A stretch of 64,000 bases of DNA from Eledone cirrhosa (Eukaryota): positions 68,386,001 through 68,450,000 of the forward strand of contig OZ024743.1 in the NCBI GenBank assembly GCA_964016885.1. Reading direction: 5' to 3'. The translations under genes and the position numbers were made by a program. Numbering within the stretch: position 1 is the stretch's first letter; every line of letters begins with the position of its first letter. Below are positions 29,417 through 45,200 of this stretch, one piece after another. The notes beneath the pieces were generated by a model that ran no database searches, was not told the origin of the DNA, and saw only the letters and a list, made by a program, of their open reading frames with translations.

Positions 29417-30020
29417 GGTCACCAATTGGTGCTACTGGTAACATGTATCCCAGTACAACCTGTCTCATGGTCGGGTCGTTGGCGACTAAACTGGCAACCC
29501 CACCAAGGTTTCTTGGTGAGGAGGGTGACTTTGGACATCCTGCAGGACTAAAAACAAAACCTGTCAAAGGGCAAAGGAGCTCTTAAGAGTCAATGGCCAT
29601 CCAAAATCGCCGGGAGAGATGACCCCTTAGCCTTTGTCAAGGCAGAATTATAAGAGAAGGAAAACTCTGATATAACACCTGCAACCCTGATGGTGTCCAA
29701 TGATGTTGACTTGTTCTTTTTTTTGTTAAATATCATCTTGGTTAAGAGAATGGGACTGGTTTTGTGCAGTGCCTTTGCTCACTATGAAAGCTTCACGGCA
29801 CAGGCATTGCTTTATATCTGGATATCTCTCTGCACTTGTCGTCACATGGTACCATGAGCCCAGCACTATGTGTCAATAATTGTCACAAGTGTAGTGTTTG
29901 TACCAGAGTTTTCAAGTTGCTGGCTGGACTAAAAAGTCACACTTGTTCAGCGCATTGTTAAGAGTTCTCCTACATTGATATAAAGTAGTGGCCGTACTCG
30001 AAAACGAGTTGGCAGCCACA
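29416..30020 (+). mobile_element. ~600-bp non-coding interspersed repeat (family N), probably a non-autonomous retroelement
   Basis: Close match to 38346-38943. Contains agaaggaaaactctgatataa (RTE 5'UTR-like from memory) and a 3' terminal stem-loop. Flanked by TA/ATGT repeats. Confidence 0.7.
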
Positions 30021-30292
30021 CCATATATATATATATATAGATATGTATATATATGTATGTATATGAATATATACATACATTGTACTACGTACATTGTACT
30101 AGGTCATCACATAATATAACACTTATGTGTATACCACCGATGTAGAGTGCTAACTTTTGTTTACACCATTATTTTAAGGATGGAGATAGAGCAAATGCTA
30201 TAAAAATGCAATAAAAAGACATAGCTATATATATATGTGTGTGGGTGTGTATGTATGTGTGCGTGTGTGTGTATGGGTGTGTGTGTGTGTGT

Positions 30293-30384
<92 letters not shown>

Positions 30385-31274
30385 GTGTGTGTGTGTGTGT
30401 CCATTTAATGTTGTTTTCTATTTCACTTTGTGTGCTTCTTGCAATGTGTGTCTGTTTTTCTCCCCGTTCTGATATTTTAATTTAATTTTAGAATCTTTTG
30501 TTACCAATCTCCTATTACTCCACTAGTTAGTGGCTTATCACGCTACACATTTTAGCTTTCCAATACCAGCGTTATTGCATAACTTCACTTTCCAATTTTA
30601 TCTCCTACGACTCAACAGTATTATATTCAACTCAAACTTTTACAGGTTTAAATTAGCTCCACAGTGTTTATGACTCAAAGAAATTTTCTTACGTATTTTT
30701 ACCATTAACTGGCAATCAGATACGGAACGGAAATGAGGCGCCTTGCTCAAGAACTTAAGTCAAAGTGGAGCACACCCCAGTAATTTATCCAAGAACATAG
30801 TCAGCTTTAATCCAAGGCTTTAATCATAGGCCACAATATTTCAGTAATCACTAACTAGAAACAAAATATGTTAATATCTGAATATACGGGGGTTACTGAT
30901 TTGTAGATCTCGAAAATCTTCACTATCACAATGTAAGTGGCTTAATTTGATTATATAATGCTTGCACGTCAGCGAATAATAGAGAAATTAAGGGAAAGCG
31001 GAAGGGAGTCGCCTGATCTAATCCCCAGACAAGTAGGTATATCTCAGTTGCGCCACGTTGAAAAACGGAGAAAGCTCTGATGCGGACAATGTTGTGTAAG
31101 CCGTTCATATATATATATATATATATATAAAAGAGTTACACAATATTCAATGAGTATATCAAAGAATAAGTTTTACAGTAGACTGGAAGCACTCTACGGC
31201 TAAAAATAATGTTCCAGAGTTATTAATATTAAAATACAAATATCAATAAAATAGATGTTCTTTTGATCAATTAC

Positions 31275-31327
31275 ATTTTATTATACAGATTTCGGATGTA
31301 CAACAGTACGTCCTCATCAGACAAAAT
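31275..31327 (-). ncRNA. Type I hammerhead ribozyme in the PLE 3' end
   Basis: Minus strand: attttgt CTGATGA GGA-C-GTAC tgtt GTAC-A-TCC GAAA TCTGTA TA ataaaat. Confidence 0.85.
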
Positions 31328-32749
31328 ATAATGATACATGATATACCCTGAGATGTTAAATGGTTAAGATTTAATCAAGGTAGTGATTAACCTATGAGAA
31401 AGTTTAACGTTTATACCTTAATAATGAGAAAATACGAAAACGTAATAAATTCAATAGAGAATGTGTGAGTAAGAAAAACGTTGCTTAATGTAACAGTTAT
31501 AGAGATTTTAAAATGTATGATACTACAATTTATGTTTATCTAGGAAAACACTCAATGAGAGCCACTGGAATAGGATATATAGAGAGGTAAAGATAAGGGG
31601 TAATATATGTAGAAGGAGATTTTTTCCGAAAGTGAAACGGTTAAGTTTGAAAATATTTAATTTATGCTATTTTAGTTATTTTTTTAAATTGCTGGTTATT
31701 TATATTTATTAGTTTTGTAAATTCTATAAGTGTGTTAACATTTCTAAACTTCTGACTTTTATGAGGATAACATTTAAAGGATTTAGAAGGCCAGCGGAAA
31801 GGAAAATTTACATTGTTGAATATTTTCCTAAATGTAAACGTTACCGGAGATAATCATTGTCAACATATTTGGTATGTAAAGCTTATGAAGTACTTATTGT
31901 TAGAAATATTCAAATAACGATTATGTGTATAGATATATATTAATGAGCCAGTATATTTTAGGTAAATGTAAACGAAAATAAAAATAAAATAATAGATTGA
32001 GGCATGCTAAAGTTAAATATATACCTATATATAACAGGGTGTAAATGCATTAATTATTCATAGTTCAAAATAAATAACAATCAAGAAATTTAGAAGTTAA
32101 CTAAGAATTATGTATAGAAAGATACAGGGAGGTATATATGGATATAAATTAGGTATTATTGATACAGTATACTTTAGGTAAATGATAACGGTTATAATTT
32201 TATATAATAAAGTTCGAACGTGTTATAGTTAAATACATATATATATAAGAAAAACAATAATACATGCGTGGATAATTCAGAGTTAAAAATAAGTTCTATA
32301 ATAATTTATAGTTTGTATATTTGCTCTATATTTGATTCATGGATATAAAAATGCAGTAGGTATATTTAAAAACATAGAAAATATAATTACATACATATTA
32401 TAAATAAGAGATCAAAAACACATGAAAGATTCACAGTTAGAAATAAGTTCCGTAAAAATGTATGTGCTGGATATTAAACTAAAATTTAAAACTTTGATAG
32501 AAAGATAAAGATAGAGAAATAAAGAAATAATGGTATGGATCAAAGTTAATAATATTATGTTATGTATATCAGTGTTCCGGCATGTTATTGAACAAGTGTC
32601 TTTCCTTCGAGCGTTATTTCTTCTATAGATAGTTATAAGAAAATGCAATATTAAAGGCCATTAATGTTTTTCCCTATTGATTATATACGTCTGATAACCA
32701 AGTTTTTAATGGTTTAGTGTTTCTCTGTCTTTTTCTCTCCTTTTGTGGG

Positions 32750-34206
32750 AGGTTAAGAATGTGGACGTACCTTTATGGAGGCAACTAGAGAATAATTCAC
32801 TTTTTTTGTTAATTAGGGTCTCATAGTTATTAATAATCAGCAGGGTCTCCATTGTACAGAGCGGGCAGTTATTTTATATAATAGAGTTGCGGTAAACTCC
32901 ACAGTTCCGAAAAGAATGGAGTATTTTAAATTCCTCTCTTTTAATGACCATATGAGCTGTGATAAAGACGTGGATGATTTCTTCTTGGAGTTCGAGAATG
33001 AGCATTTATGGTTCGCAAATCTGGCTTTAAATGTAGAAGAAGTCGATCCTATGTAGTTGTATGTGTTGTGATCAGTTTTTACGGTGCATTTATAAACCTA
33101 ATTACTATCTAGACAATTATTTTGCAAAGGGCAATCAGTTTTATTTCTACAATTACATGTTGGTTTAGTACCATTTACGTTAACTCTATTAAGATCATCA
33201 TGCTGGTTTTGTTTTAGGATTTTAGTGTTTAATTTGGCAATGTTTTGGGCCATGTTCGTAGTTGTAGAATACGAGAATTTAATGGTATGTCTATTAAAAA
33301 GGGAATGGTATTTATGTTGAGTAGGGAAAGAGGTGTCCAAAGCGTTAAAGAATATTTTGCAATTGGTGTTTTAACTGCGACCAAAGCAGAGGGGGGGGGG
33401 GCGAACCATATGACTGATTTAGTTCAAGTTCTTATCCTCGATTTATTTGGCGTATGGCTGTTTGAATTATAATTATTATAGTTTCTCTTATATATGTTAT
33501 TATTTTTATTAAGATTAATACTTGGATTATTATTATTACCTACATATTCTATATTATTCATATATCCTTCTCTTTTTAACGCGTTGTTGTAGTATTGAGC
33601 ATTTTCAGCGAATGTAGCTTTATTGGCTGATATTTTATTAATTCGTTTGTGCACACTATTTACTATAGCTTTTTTTTTAACAGGTTTAGGGTGATTGGAA
33701 TGGTTACTAACATAGTTTAAGTTTACATTGGGCTTATGAAAATAGTAATAGAAGCCAGTGTTTAAGTTAAAGGTAACGTCAAGGAAATTAACTATTTTGG
33801 TACCATTTTCTAATTCTAAATTAAAGTCGTACATTTTAAAGAATTCTATTATACTTTTCTTTACTCTATTTAGTTCTATATTGTTGTGTTTTACCACGGT
33901 AAATAAAATGCTGTCCTTATATAAACCACCGGTAATCTCCGGCAGTTTTCTATTTATCATATTTAATATGAAAATTCCCAGAAGATCTGTGATGTGCTCG
34001 GAATCGGATGCCCCTATAGTGATATCAAAGTTTCTATCTCTATCTGAGTGCGTCCAATATTCGTTGTTGAAGTTAATAAGAGTTCTTCTGGCTGTTAGTA
34101 TTATATCTATTTCATCCGTGGTTATATCAGTATGCTTATAAGCATATGAAACAGCCTTATTTAGAAGGTTAGGTGTTATGGAAGAATAGTAGCTAGTAAT
34201 GTCCAT
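32750..34206 (-). pseudogene. PLE reverse transcriptase / GIY-YIG endonuclease pseudogene (Naiad-like by motif)
   Basis: DITSYYSSI, FDITIGASD, GLYKDS (degenerate YRDD), VNFLDVTFNL, YVSNHSNHP, KFSYS, CNCRNKTDCPLQNNCL, VYKC..NYIGST, CPLC..E, LINKKSELFSSCLH. Stops and frameshifts are present. Confidence 0.85.
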
Positions 34207-35258
34207 CTGGATGAATTTATGGTTTTACTTATCTTCTATATTAGTGTACCATTCTATGACTTCGTTTCCATAAGCTCAAATTAGAGGTAGAGAGAGAAAC
34301 TTTGATATCACTATGGGGGCATCCGATTCCGCACAAACCACAGATCTTCTGGGAATTTTCATATTAAATATGATAAATAGAAAACTGCCGGAGATTTTAT
34401 TACCTTTATTGTTTCTATTATTGTTGTTATTACTGTCTTATTTATAAACGATTTGTTATTGATGCTGTGAAACCTAAACCCCCATGAATCAAACTAACAA
34501 TCCCTACCTTTAGTATAGGCCACTTAAATAACGAATCTACAACTCCACTTAACACCACATAAAAACTATCATCCTAACTAAATGAATAAAACAAAAATGT
34601 TTATATGTCAAACAATAAGTAAATCTCCGGTTTATTGGCAGCAAACCTACAGCATATCAGATACCTCATAAATCCTGTCTCCAAGTACATTTTAGTGGTT
34701 ACTGTTATCTCGTCGCCACCTTAAAACTATATCTAATGTACCCTATAGCAGTTTTCACATGTCAATTTCATACATCTGTATCATATCAGTTTGTTTAACA
34801 TGCTAGATTCATCATTATACTCTATTTCTTACTTATATTGATGTTATTATTTTAACTATTTGCTATCTAGTTATTTTATTTTATTATTGATATTATTGTT
34901 CTGGTTTAATACCACTCCTATATAAAAGCCATGCCTTGAGTATCTTCTTCCTTTCGCGTGCTCTGATGGAAACGACTGTTTATAAACAAAGTATTGAAGA
35001 TCGATTGACGCAAAATCAGGCGGGTAACGAACTCTAGACCTACCAGATCAAAGAAACAATTGTCAGCAATCTGAATAAAGCCCTTATTGTTTAGCGAACC
35101 ATGTCACTCTTCTTTCTTGAATTATTATTACTCGCAGCATCACTATGGAAACGTCTTGTTGAGTCAAACTAAGCTACACGTTAATACTATCCACTACAAG
35201 GAGTACTCTAACTGGACTAGATCTAAGTGGACTGGCTATAACGATAACCCGTTATCCA

Positions 35259-35302
<44 letters not shown>

Positions 35303-35317
35303 GTGAGGATTTTTTTT

Positions 35318-35521
35318 TACAAAATGAAAAATAACCGAGGTGTCCTACACGAGTGAAAGTATAAAGAATTACAAAATGAAAAATAACCGAGGTGCCCTAC
35401 ACGAGTGAAAGTATAAAGATTACAAAATGAAAAATAACCGAGGTGCCCTACACGAGTGAAAGTATAAAGATTACAAAATGAAAAATAACCGAGGTGTCCT
35501 ACACGAGTGAAAGTATAAAGA
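35318..35521. repeat. 4 x ~51-bp tandem repeat of a dispersed motif also at 5720-5763 (inverted) and 6375-6422
   Basis: Unit ttacaaaatgaaaaataaccgaggtg(t/c)cctacacgagtgaaagtataaaga, with no spacers. Confidence 0.9.
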
Positions 35522-35537
35522 TACATATATATATAGA

Positions 35538-35631
<94 letters not shown>

Positions 35632-36454
35632 GTGAAGTTGGAAATAGCACGGAAAATATATTTTAGGCTCTGTTTTTCTTTTTTTTTATCCTTTCTTTGA
35701 TTTGTCAAAGTCACATCATTGGAATGACATTATTGAATGTTGAGTATTGAAATAAAAAAAAAATTAATGTATTAATAGGAGTTAAAAAACTAAAAATTAA
35801 CGATTTAAAATTAAAATTAAGTATTGGAGTAAGGTTTTTTCCCCATCGTTCCTACTCAAAATTGGGCTGGAGAATGGGTTCTTGTTAATATAGAGGTGGC
35901 AGTGAAGATAGCAGCAGCAGAACTCTATATGAAGAAAGTACTCAAGCGCAGAAAGGCTATAAAGATAGCTAATAAAATAGGGTAACATACTTAAAAGAAG
36001 GAAAAAGAAGTTGTCATAGACCGCTGAGAAATTAGACCCATACATCCCAGATACCGGTAACATAGCAACGTTTTTCCATTTTTAAGGGGCTTTACCTTAT
36101 TTTATAAGCTCTCTTTATAGCAGTTCTGTGCTTGAGCACAACTTTATATATATATGTATATATGTATGTATGTATGTATGTATTTATGTATGTATATATG
36201 TATATATGTAGGTATGTATGTTCTGGTTTTATAATTTCACAAATGTTTTCCTAATAGAGAGAGAGTCGGTTTCTATAATATACACAAGTCTCTCTCATTG
36301 GAATTTACACAACATCGACTAGGTAGATATGTATGTATGTCTGCATGCATGCATGAGTAGATATGGATGTTATTGTACGTGTGGATGTAGATGTTTTGAG
36401 TTGTATGTGTGCATGTGTATATGCTTTGTATCTGTAAATGTATATATACAGTTA

Positions 36455-37740
36455 TTAGATGCAATATTTTTGGAATGTTTTACATATTTTTACTGTTCCA
36501 TTAATGGATTGTACTTGTAATTTCCTAACTAGTTGTGTTGTTTCTGTTCCTGTGAAGCCCAGCTTCTCAAGATTTGTATTGAGGCAGTTACTAACATATC
36601 CCAGTGCCACAATAATCACAGGCATAAATCTGAAGGTGTAATCAGTGTGGAGTATCTGCAGATTTCTCATCAGTTCTGCATAAATATTCTCTTTTTCGCT
36701 AATCTTTGATATTATATTGGCATCTGCTGGGCAGCTAATTTCCACTACTGTGCATCCTTTCTTCTCCCTGTCCCATATCATAATATCTGATCTGTTATGC
36801 CTGCATTTTATTGGTGTTTTTACTGGAACATTCCACCAGTAGTCTTTCATATTATATATATGGATGTCTTCCACATTGCTGTAGCTTTGAATGTGTTTAT
36901 TATCGGGGCTATCTTGTTTACGAACTGCATTGCAATGTGTTTTGGCCACTACGTCATGCCTCATAGGTAAATAGTACCGCCATGACATATTTGGACAGCT
37001 ACTGATGACATGGGTGATATCCTCGATGTTAGTTCTGCAGAGTCTGCACTTGTTATCACATCTAGGTGTTTTTCCTGCATCCCTATCTCTTTTGTGAATC
37101 AGGTATTTCGTGTTAATCTCCTGTTCTTGGATTGCAAAAGCATATCCTTCAAAGTGGGAGCCAATATAGTGGTTGTTGATCCAATATAGACTACTTTCCT
37201 TATCTATATCACTCTCACTCTGGAGCTTGCTGGCAACATATCTATGCATGATTTTTTGCTGATAAGCATGCAGTTTTTCATCCATGGATTCACTGCGATA
37301 CTGCTGAGCGACTTCCCTGGGTGTGAGTTTTCGTATCATCACACAGGGAATATCTCTCGAGGAGTTCCTTTCCAACTGTCATGATCTTATCTGTTTCATG
37401 CAGATAGACTTGCTCGAGAGACGGGTTCCTACGCTTCGAGGTTCGTAGATGTTATCGGAGAGATATGATGCGACATTCAAATGCTGTCTGGACTGATGTT
37501 AGACCTCTGCCCCCCTGCTTACGTTTCAAGTAAAGGCGGTCTATGTCACTGTTGATGTGGAAGTTTCCGGTGTTGTTTAGTATTTTTAGAGTTCCAACAT
37601 CAACTGCTCGGATTTCGTCTATCGTCCAATTGAGTATTCCAAACGTTGTTGTTAGGACAGGCACATCAACCACATTGTGAGCCACTGTTTTGTTCTGCGT
37701 AGAGAGTTCCGATAACCAAATCTTTCTTAATCTTATGTAG
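36455..37740 (-). pseudogene. R4/Dong-type non-LTR retrotransposon 3' part (family C): RT thumb, CCHC finger, RLE
   Basis: SDIDRLYLKRKQGGRGL, AIQEQEINT, CRLCRTNIEDITHVISSC, RHDVVA, HNRSDIMIWD, VEISCP. Disrupted and 5'-truncated. Confidence 0.85.
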
Positions 37741-37762
37741 TATATATGTATGTATATATGTC

Positions 37763-38275
37763 GGGTCACTCTTAAGTGCTACTGGTAACATGTAACCAAG
37801 TATAACCTGTCGCATTGTCGGGTCGTCGGCGACTAAACCGGCAACCCCACCGAGTTTACTTGGTGATGAGGGTGATTTTGGACACTCTGCAGGACAAAAA
37901 ACAAAACCTGACAAAGAGCGGAAGAACTCATAAGAGTCAACGGACATCCGAAATTGTGTAAATATGTATATATACATGTAGCGCAGGCTTAAACCAGTGG
38001 GAGTGAATGGCGCCTAGCTTTTGTCAGGGCATACTTCTAGGACAAGGCAACTCAGGAAACTGGGATATCTCCGACATAAAACCTGTGGCTCAGTAGTTAC
38101 CGTTGATGTTTATCTTTTCTTCTTTTCACTCAGAGAGTGGGATTGGCTCAGTGCACATGTTTCCTCACTTTAAAAAACATCTTCACACACAGGCATTGCA
38201 CGATAAAATTAATTAATAATTATTAATAATGGTATATCGTTCAGTGGCCGTACTCGATAACGTGGGGGCAGCCAT
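37763..38275 (+). mobile_element. Diverged family N copy
   Basis: Shares the 5' domain (gtgctactggtaacatgta..gtcgggtcgtcggcgactaaaccggcaacccc) and the 3' gtggccgtactcg..ggcagcca hairpin. Confidence 0.65.
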
Positions 38276-38345
38276 CATGTATTCATGTATGTATGCATGT
38301 ATATATGTATATATGTTTGTATTTATGCATGTATGTATGTATGTC

Positions 38346-38943
38346 AGGTCACCAGTTGGTGCTACTGGTAACATGTATCCCAGTACAACCTGTCTTATAG
38401 TCGGGTCGTTAGCGACTAAACTGGCAACCCCTCCAAGGTTTCTTCGTGAGGAGGGTGACTTTGGACATCCTGCAGGACTAAAAACAAAACATGTCAAAGG
38501 GCAAAGGAGCTCTTAAGAGTCAATAGCCATCCAAAATCACCGGGAGAGATGACCCCTTAGCCTTTGTCAAGGCAGAATTCTAGGAGAAGGAAATCTCTGA
38601 TATAACACCTGCAACCCTGATGGTATCCAATGATGTTAACTTGTTCTCCTTTTTGGTAAATATCATCTTGGTTAAGAGAGTTGGACTGGCTTTGTGCAGT
38701 GCCTTTGTTCACTATAAAAGCTTCACGGCACAGGCATTGCTTTATATCTGGAGATCTCTCTGCACTTGTCGTCACATGGTACCATGGGCCCAGCACTATG
38801 TGTCAATAATTGTATAGTGTTTGTACCAGAGTTTTCAAGTCGCTGGCTGGACTAAAAAGTTACATTCGTTCAGCGCATCGGTAGGTGTTCTCCTACATGT
38901 ATATAAAGTAGTGGCCGTACTCGAAAACGAGTTGGCAGCCACC
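38346..38943 (+). mobile_element. Family N copy
   Basis: Near-identical to 29416-30020 and bounded by (ATGT)n. Confidence 0.75.
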
Positions 38944-38946
38944 ATG

Positions 38947-38980
<34 letters not shown>

Positions 38981-39302
38981 TGTATGTATGTATGTATGTA
39001 TGTATGTATAATGCAGGATATCCTTTGATGAAAGGCCAAGGAAAACAATGATCAATGTATTGCGGGAGAGAGAATTTAGTATAATTAAACCTCCATAAAG
39101 TTAATATATATGCGTGACCTTCGGTCTCGGTGTCCATGTGTGGCCACCAGTGCCTAGTGGAAGAGTCGTTCCAATACCTGCCTCTCATCGGGTGTCAGTA
39201 ATAAAAACGGTTCCTCCGCCCCGTTCCATTATGGGGCCATAACCCAACCCCAAAATCTAAATTGGATCATAAATGTTGCTTTTATGAAATTATAATAATA
39301 CA

Positions 39303-40685
<1,383 letters not shown>

Positions 40686-41048
40686 ATATATATACTCTGG
40701 ACAATGGAAGAAATCGCTTCAAATGGACAGTCGCATCTCTTCAATCAACTTCTGGAAATCAATATACAATATACCTATCAGTTCAGTCTAATAATCTATG
40801 TTTGAACCAATAGTCATATTAACTCTACCCATTGTTTTCTGTAATTCCCTATCTATGCCCTCTCTTACTCATCATAAAATATTTGTGTAGCTCTCTTGCA
40901 AAATTATAATCAATACACAGCGAAGCTCATTAAAGAATGAAACACAGGTTATTTTGTCAGTACAAAATAAACTTAGAAACATGCGCACATATATATTTAC
41001 TTTTATGTGTATATATATATACATATATATATATACATATATATATAC

Positions 41049-41233
<185 letters not shown>

Positions 41234-41444
41234 GTGAAAGATTGAAGAATAACATGGTCGGATGTATATATATATATTGTATATATTATATATACATATA
41301 TATATATAAATATTTATATATGGATACATATATATATATATATATGTACACACATATAGATGTGTGTGTGTGTGTGTGTGTGTGTGTCTGTGTGTGTGTG
41401 CGCGTGTTTGAGAGAAAGCAAGAGTGAGAGAGAGAGAGAGAGAG

Positions 41445-41483
<39 letters not shown>

Positions 41484-42149
41484 ATGTGTGTGTTGCATAC
41501 ATTTGTTTATGTGTGAGCATGTTATTCAGTAAGTGTTGGGTAAACGTTGATACAAAGTCCTTTTGTAGATTCGGAAATAGAAAAATCAGAATCGGTATTT
41601 CAAAGAATTCCACAGAAATACAAATTGTTGTTGAAAAAAAAAACGTTTTCTTCTATTTCCCTTTATATTCCTTCTTTGGAAAATAATACAAGGACAATTA
41701 GAGATTTTAAAGAAACCGCTTTTCTTTCTTCTACTCCACCCGTTGCCCCACTCTCCCCCTCTCTTTCGCTAAATATTTTTCTCCTTTTACATTCTGCTTT
41801 TTTTTATTCTTTCTTTTCTCTTTTCGATTTGTTACGTTTTGGAATGCTATTGTTGTTATTGTTTTTGTGGTCGTTGTTGTTGTCGTTGTTGTTGTTATTG
41901 TTGTTGTCGTTGTTGTCATTATTGTTGTCGTTGTTATTGTTAACTATATAATGATTATTATTATTATTAGGATTATTATTATCCTTGTTTTTATTGTTGT
42001 TGCTGTTACTATCGTCAATCTTGTTGTTGTTATTGTTGTTGTTGTTGTTGTTGTTATTCTTCTTCTTCTTTTTATTATTATTATTATTATTCTTTCTCTT
42101 CTTCTTCTTCTTCTTCTTTTTCTTTTTCTTTTTCTTCTTCTTCTTCTTC

Positions 42150-42198
<49 letters not shown>

Positions 42199-42212
42199 TA
42201 TTATTATTACTA

Positions 42213-42274
<62 letters not shown>

Positions 42275-42284
42275 GTTATTGTTA

Positions 42285-45200
42285 TTCCTTGAATCTCAGT
42301 CATTGATGTTGGTTAACTGGAAAGTCCGTTGGATTGAATATCAAGCCACTACCTGCAGCCGCAGATATTCAGGACGTATCGGAGGGTTCTTGCTGTTCCA
42401 AGCAAGCATGCCTTTTAAAGCGTTCCAAAAAGCGTGAAGGGGCCGATTTTCTTTAACCATCCCTGGAAACCTTTGGAGATAGTCCCCAGTGCGCCTATGA
42501 CAATCGGGATCACTTTGACTTCATGGCAGTTCCAAATCCTTTTCACCTCCCACTTTAGGTCCTGGTATCGGTTAATTTTCTCCCTCTCCTTCTCTTGCAC
42601 TCTCGTGTCGAACGGGCAGGCCACATCCACAATCAGGCACGATCTTTTTTCTTTGTCCACAACCACCAGGTCAGGTCTATTGTGTTCCAGTTTTTTGTCC
42701 GTCTGTATCCTAAAATCCCACAGCACCTTCACCTGACTGTTCTCCATCACCGCTTCTGGCCTATGCTCATACCATTTCTCAGAATGTGGTAGATTGTTTA
42801 CTTTGCACAGGTGCCAGTGGATCACCCTGCCCATCACATCGTGTCTCCAGCCCTTATAGTGGGTCTGGGCTAGGTGTTTACACTCGGACACAATGTGAGC
42901 CACAGTCTCCTCTCTCTCTCCACAGATCCTGCACAGTGGGCTAGCCTCCTCCTTGTAGATATGGTGTTTCAACCACTTCGTTTTGAGGGCCTGCTCCTGC
43001 GCAGCCATTAGCATTCCTTCTGTAGCCTTTTTGAGGTCTCCTCTTCTCAACCAGTTCCATGTCTGTGGATCTCTAAATTCAGTTTTCTCAAAGAAGGTAC
43101 TATGAAGGGATTTTCCCTTAAGGCTGCTCTTCCTCCTTGATGTTATTTCCTCCTTGGATATCCCCTGGCCTACTGTCCCCTCCTTCAGTACAGTTCTGAG
43201 CATTGGCTCCTTACTATAGGTCACGTATTTGTATAGGTTGTTTTTCTCCATCTGAACACAGTCCTCTATGCTGATAAGACCTCTTCCACCCTCAGATCTC
43301 CTTAGGTAGAGTCTATCGACATCACTCCTCTTGTGGAACATGTTGTAGATAGTCAATAGCTTCCTAGTCTTCCTATCCATTTCTTTTTGTTCAGCAACAT
43401 TCCATCTCAGAATTCCCGCACTGTACCTAATAATAGACACAGCTCTGGAATTTACTGCGCTTATGGCATTTCTGCTGTTCAGATGTGACTTCAATACGCT
43501 CCTTACTCTCCGAATGTATTCAGTTCTTAACAATTCCTTCATTTTTTTGTTCTTTATGCCATCAGCCTCCAGAACGCCCAAATACTTGTATCCTTCCTCA
43601 GAGTCAATTTCCTTTATCATCTCACCTGTTGGTATCTGGATCCCGTTACTTCTGCTCAACCTACCCCTCTTCATCACAATGACTCCACATTTACCAATAC
43701 CAAACTGCATACATATATCACTGCTGAAAATACGGACAGTGTCAACAAGCACATCCAACTCCTTCTCACTTTTCCCGAAGATATTAAGATCGTCCATGAA
43801 GAGGAGGTGATTGATGGTAAGCTCTCCCCTTCCCAACTTGTATCCTGCTCTCACTTTTCGCAGCATAATGGTCAAGGGCATCAGGGCAAGGACAAACAAC
43901 AGAGGGGACAGGCTATCTCCCTGGAAGTTACCTCTCTTGATCTTCACGCTTCCCAAGGATACTCCAGTTGATGTCAACTCTGTCTCCCAGGACCCCATAC
44001 TCCTGCCCAGCAACTGTCTGATGTTATCTGCCACCCTGAAGATCTCCAGGCTTTTGGTGATCCAGGAATGAGGCACCATGTCAAATGCCTTTCTGTAGTC
44101 TATCCATCCCATGGCAAGATCAGTGTGTCTCCTCCTGCAATTCCCCATTACCATCTTATCAATAAGCAACTGGTCCTTTGTACCACGTGACTTCTTTCGG
44201 CATCCTTTCTGTTCGTCCGGTAACAAGTTGTTTGCGTGGAGGTGATGGTAGATTTCCTCAGACACAATGCTCGTCAACAGTTTCCACATTACGGGCAGAC
44301 ATGTGATAGGTCTATAGTTGGTAACATCATTACCCTTGATTCGGTCTTTCATTATCAGAACTGTGGTACCTTTTGTCAACCACTCTGGCACCTCACCCGA
44401 CACCAAGCAGTCATTGAACATGGCCGTCAGCTTCGGGTGGAGGGATGTTAAATGTTTAATCCAATACCCCTGCACACCATCTGGGCCTGGTGATTTCCAG
44501 TTGGTTAGTTTTTTGGCTTGCCCCTTAAGAGTTTCAACTGTGATACTCAAATCAGTCTGTTGTTGTGCCTGCTCACCGATCTCCCTCTGTACTGTCTCAA
44601 TCCACCCTGCCTGGGCATTGTGTCTAACATCCTGCTCCCATATTCCTCTCCAGAATGTTTTAGCTTGTTCCGCCCCAGGGATCAAGTCGTTGCCTCTTTC
44701 TTTCCCCTCAAGCTGTCCAAACAGCATCTTCTGGTTGTTGTCGAACATGCGGTTCTGTTTATACTGACTGACTCTGTTCTCGTATCGCCTGATTTTGGCA
44801 CTCTTTGCTACAATGCGTTGCTTCAATTCCTCTATGATAATATTTAGCTTTTTACTCCTAGTTTTGTATTTTATTTCCAGTCTATTTTTAGTGCCTATGT
44901 TTTTTAGTGTCCCATTCAGTAGTGACTCAAGCTTTCCTATGTCATTTCTCATTTCCCCGATTTGCCCACTCAGTCGCTTCTTCCACCACGGCTCTGCTCT
45001 TTCTTGTCTGTTGTTTCCTCTCGCTTTTATACCAAGTAGTTTCCTCACCGTATTTGCTGTTGCTTTGAGGATATTGTTGCACTGGTGAAGACTCCTCGCC
45101 TCAAGGTATGGGATGACTTTGTTTACCTTAGCTGTTGTTTCTTTTAACTTTTTCCTGTCTACAAATCTTAGGTTCATAGGTCTCCCACTATCATTGTTCA

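Larger units (their letters stand above)
31130..34270 (-). mobile_element. Penelope-like retroelement (RT + C-terminal GIY-YIG), 5'-truncated, with long AT-rich 3' region ending in a hammerhead-bearing pLTR
   Basis: Coding motifs at 32750-34206, hammerhead at 31275-31327 on the same strand, and an end at a (TA)n tract. Confidence 0.75.

Noticed and set aside
29416-29560. HDV-like or twister ribozyme at the family N 5' end
   Set aside because: A 7-bp G-U-initiated helix exists, but the HDV L3 (YCCNCGY), P1.1 GG and J4/2 do not fit, and the twister loop motifs match only loosely.
32750-33340. Selenocysteine recoding in the Naiad-like PLE
   Set aside because: The conserved Cys positions I could read are ordinary Cys codons, and the stop before VYKC is TAG, not TGA.
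35318-35521. CRISPR-like array
   Set aside because: Head-to-tail 51-bp units with no unique spacers, no cas genes, and a eukaryotic context.
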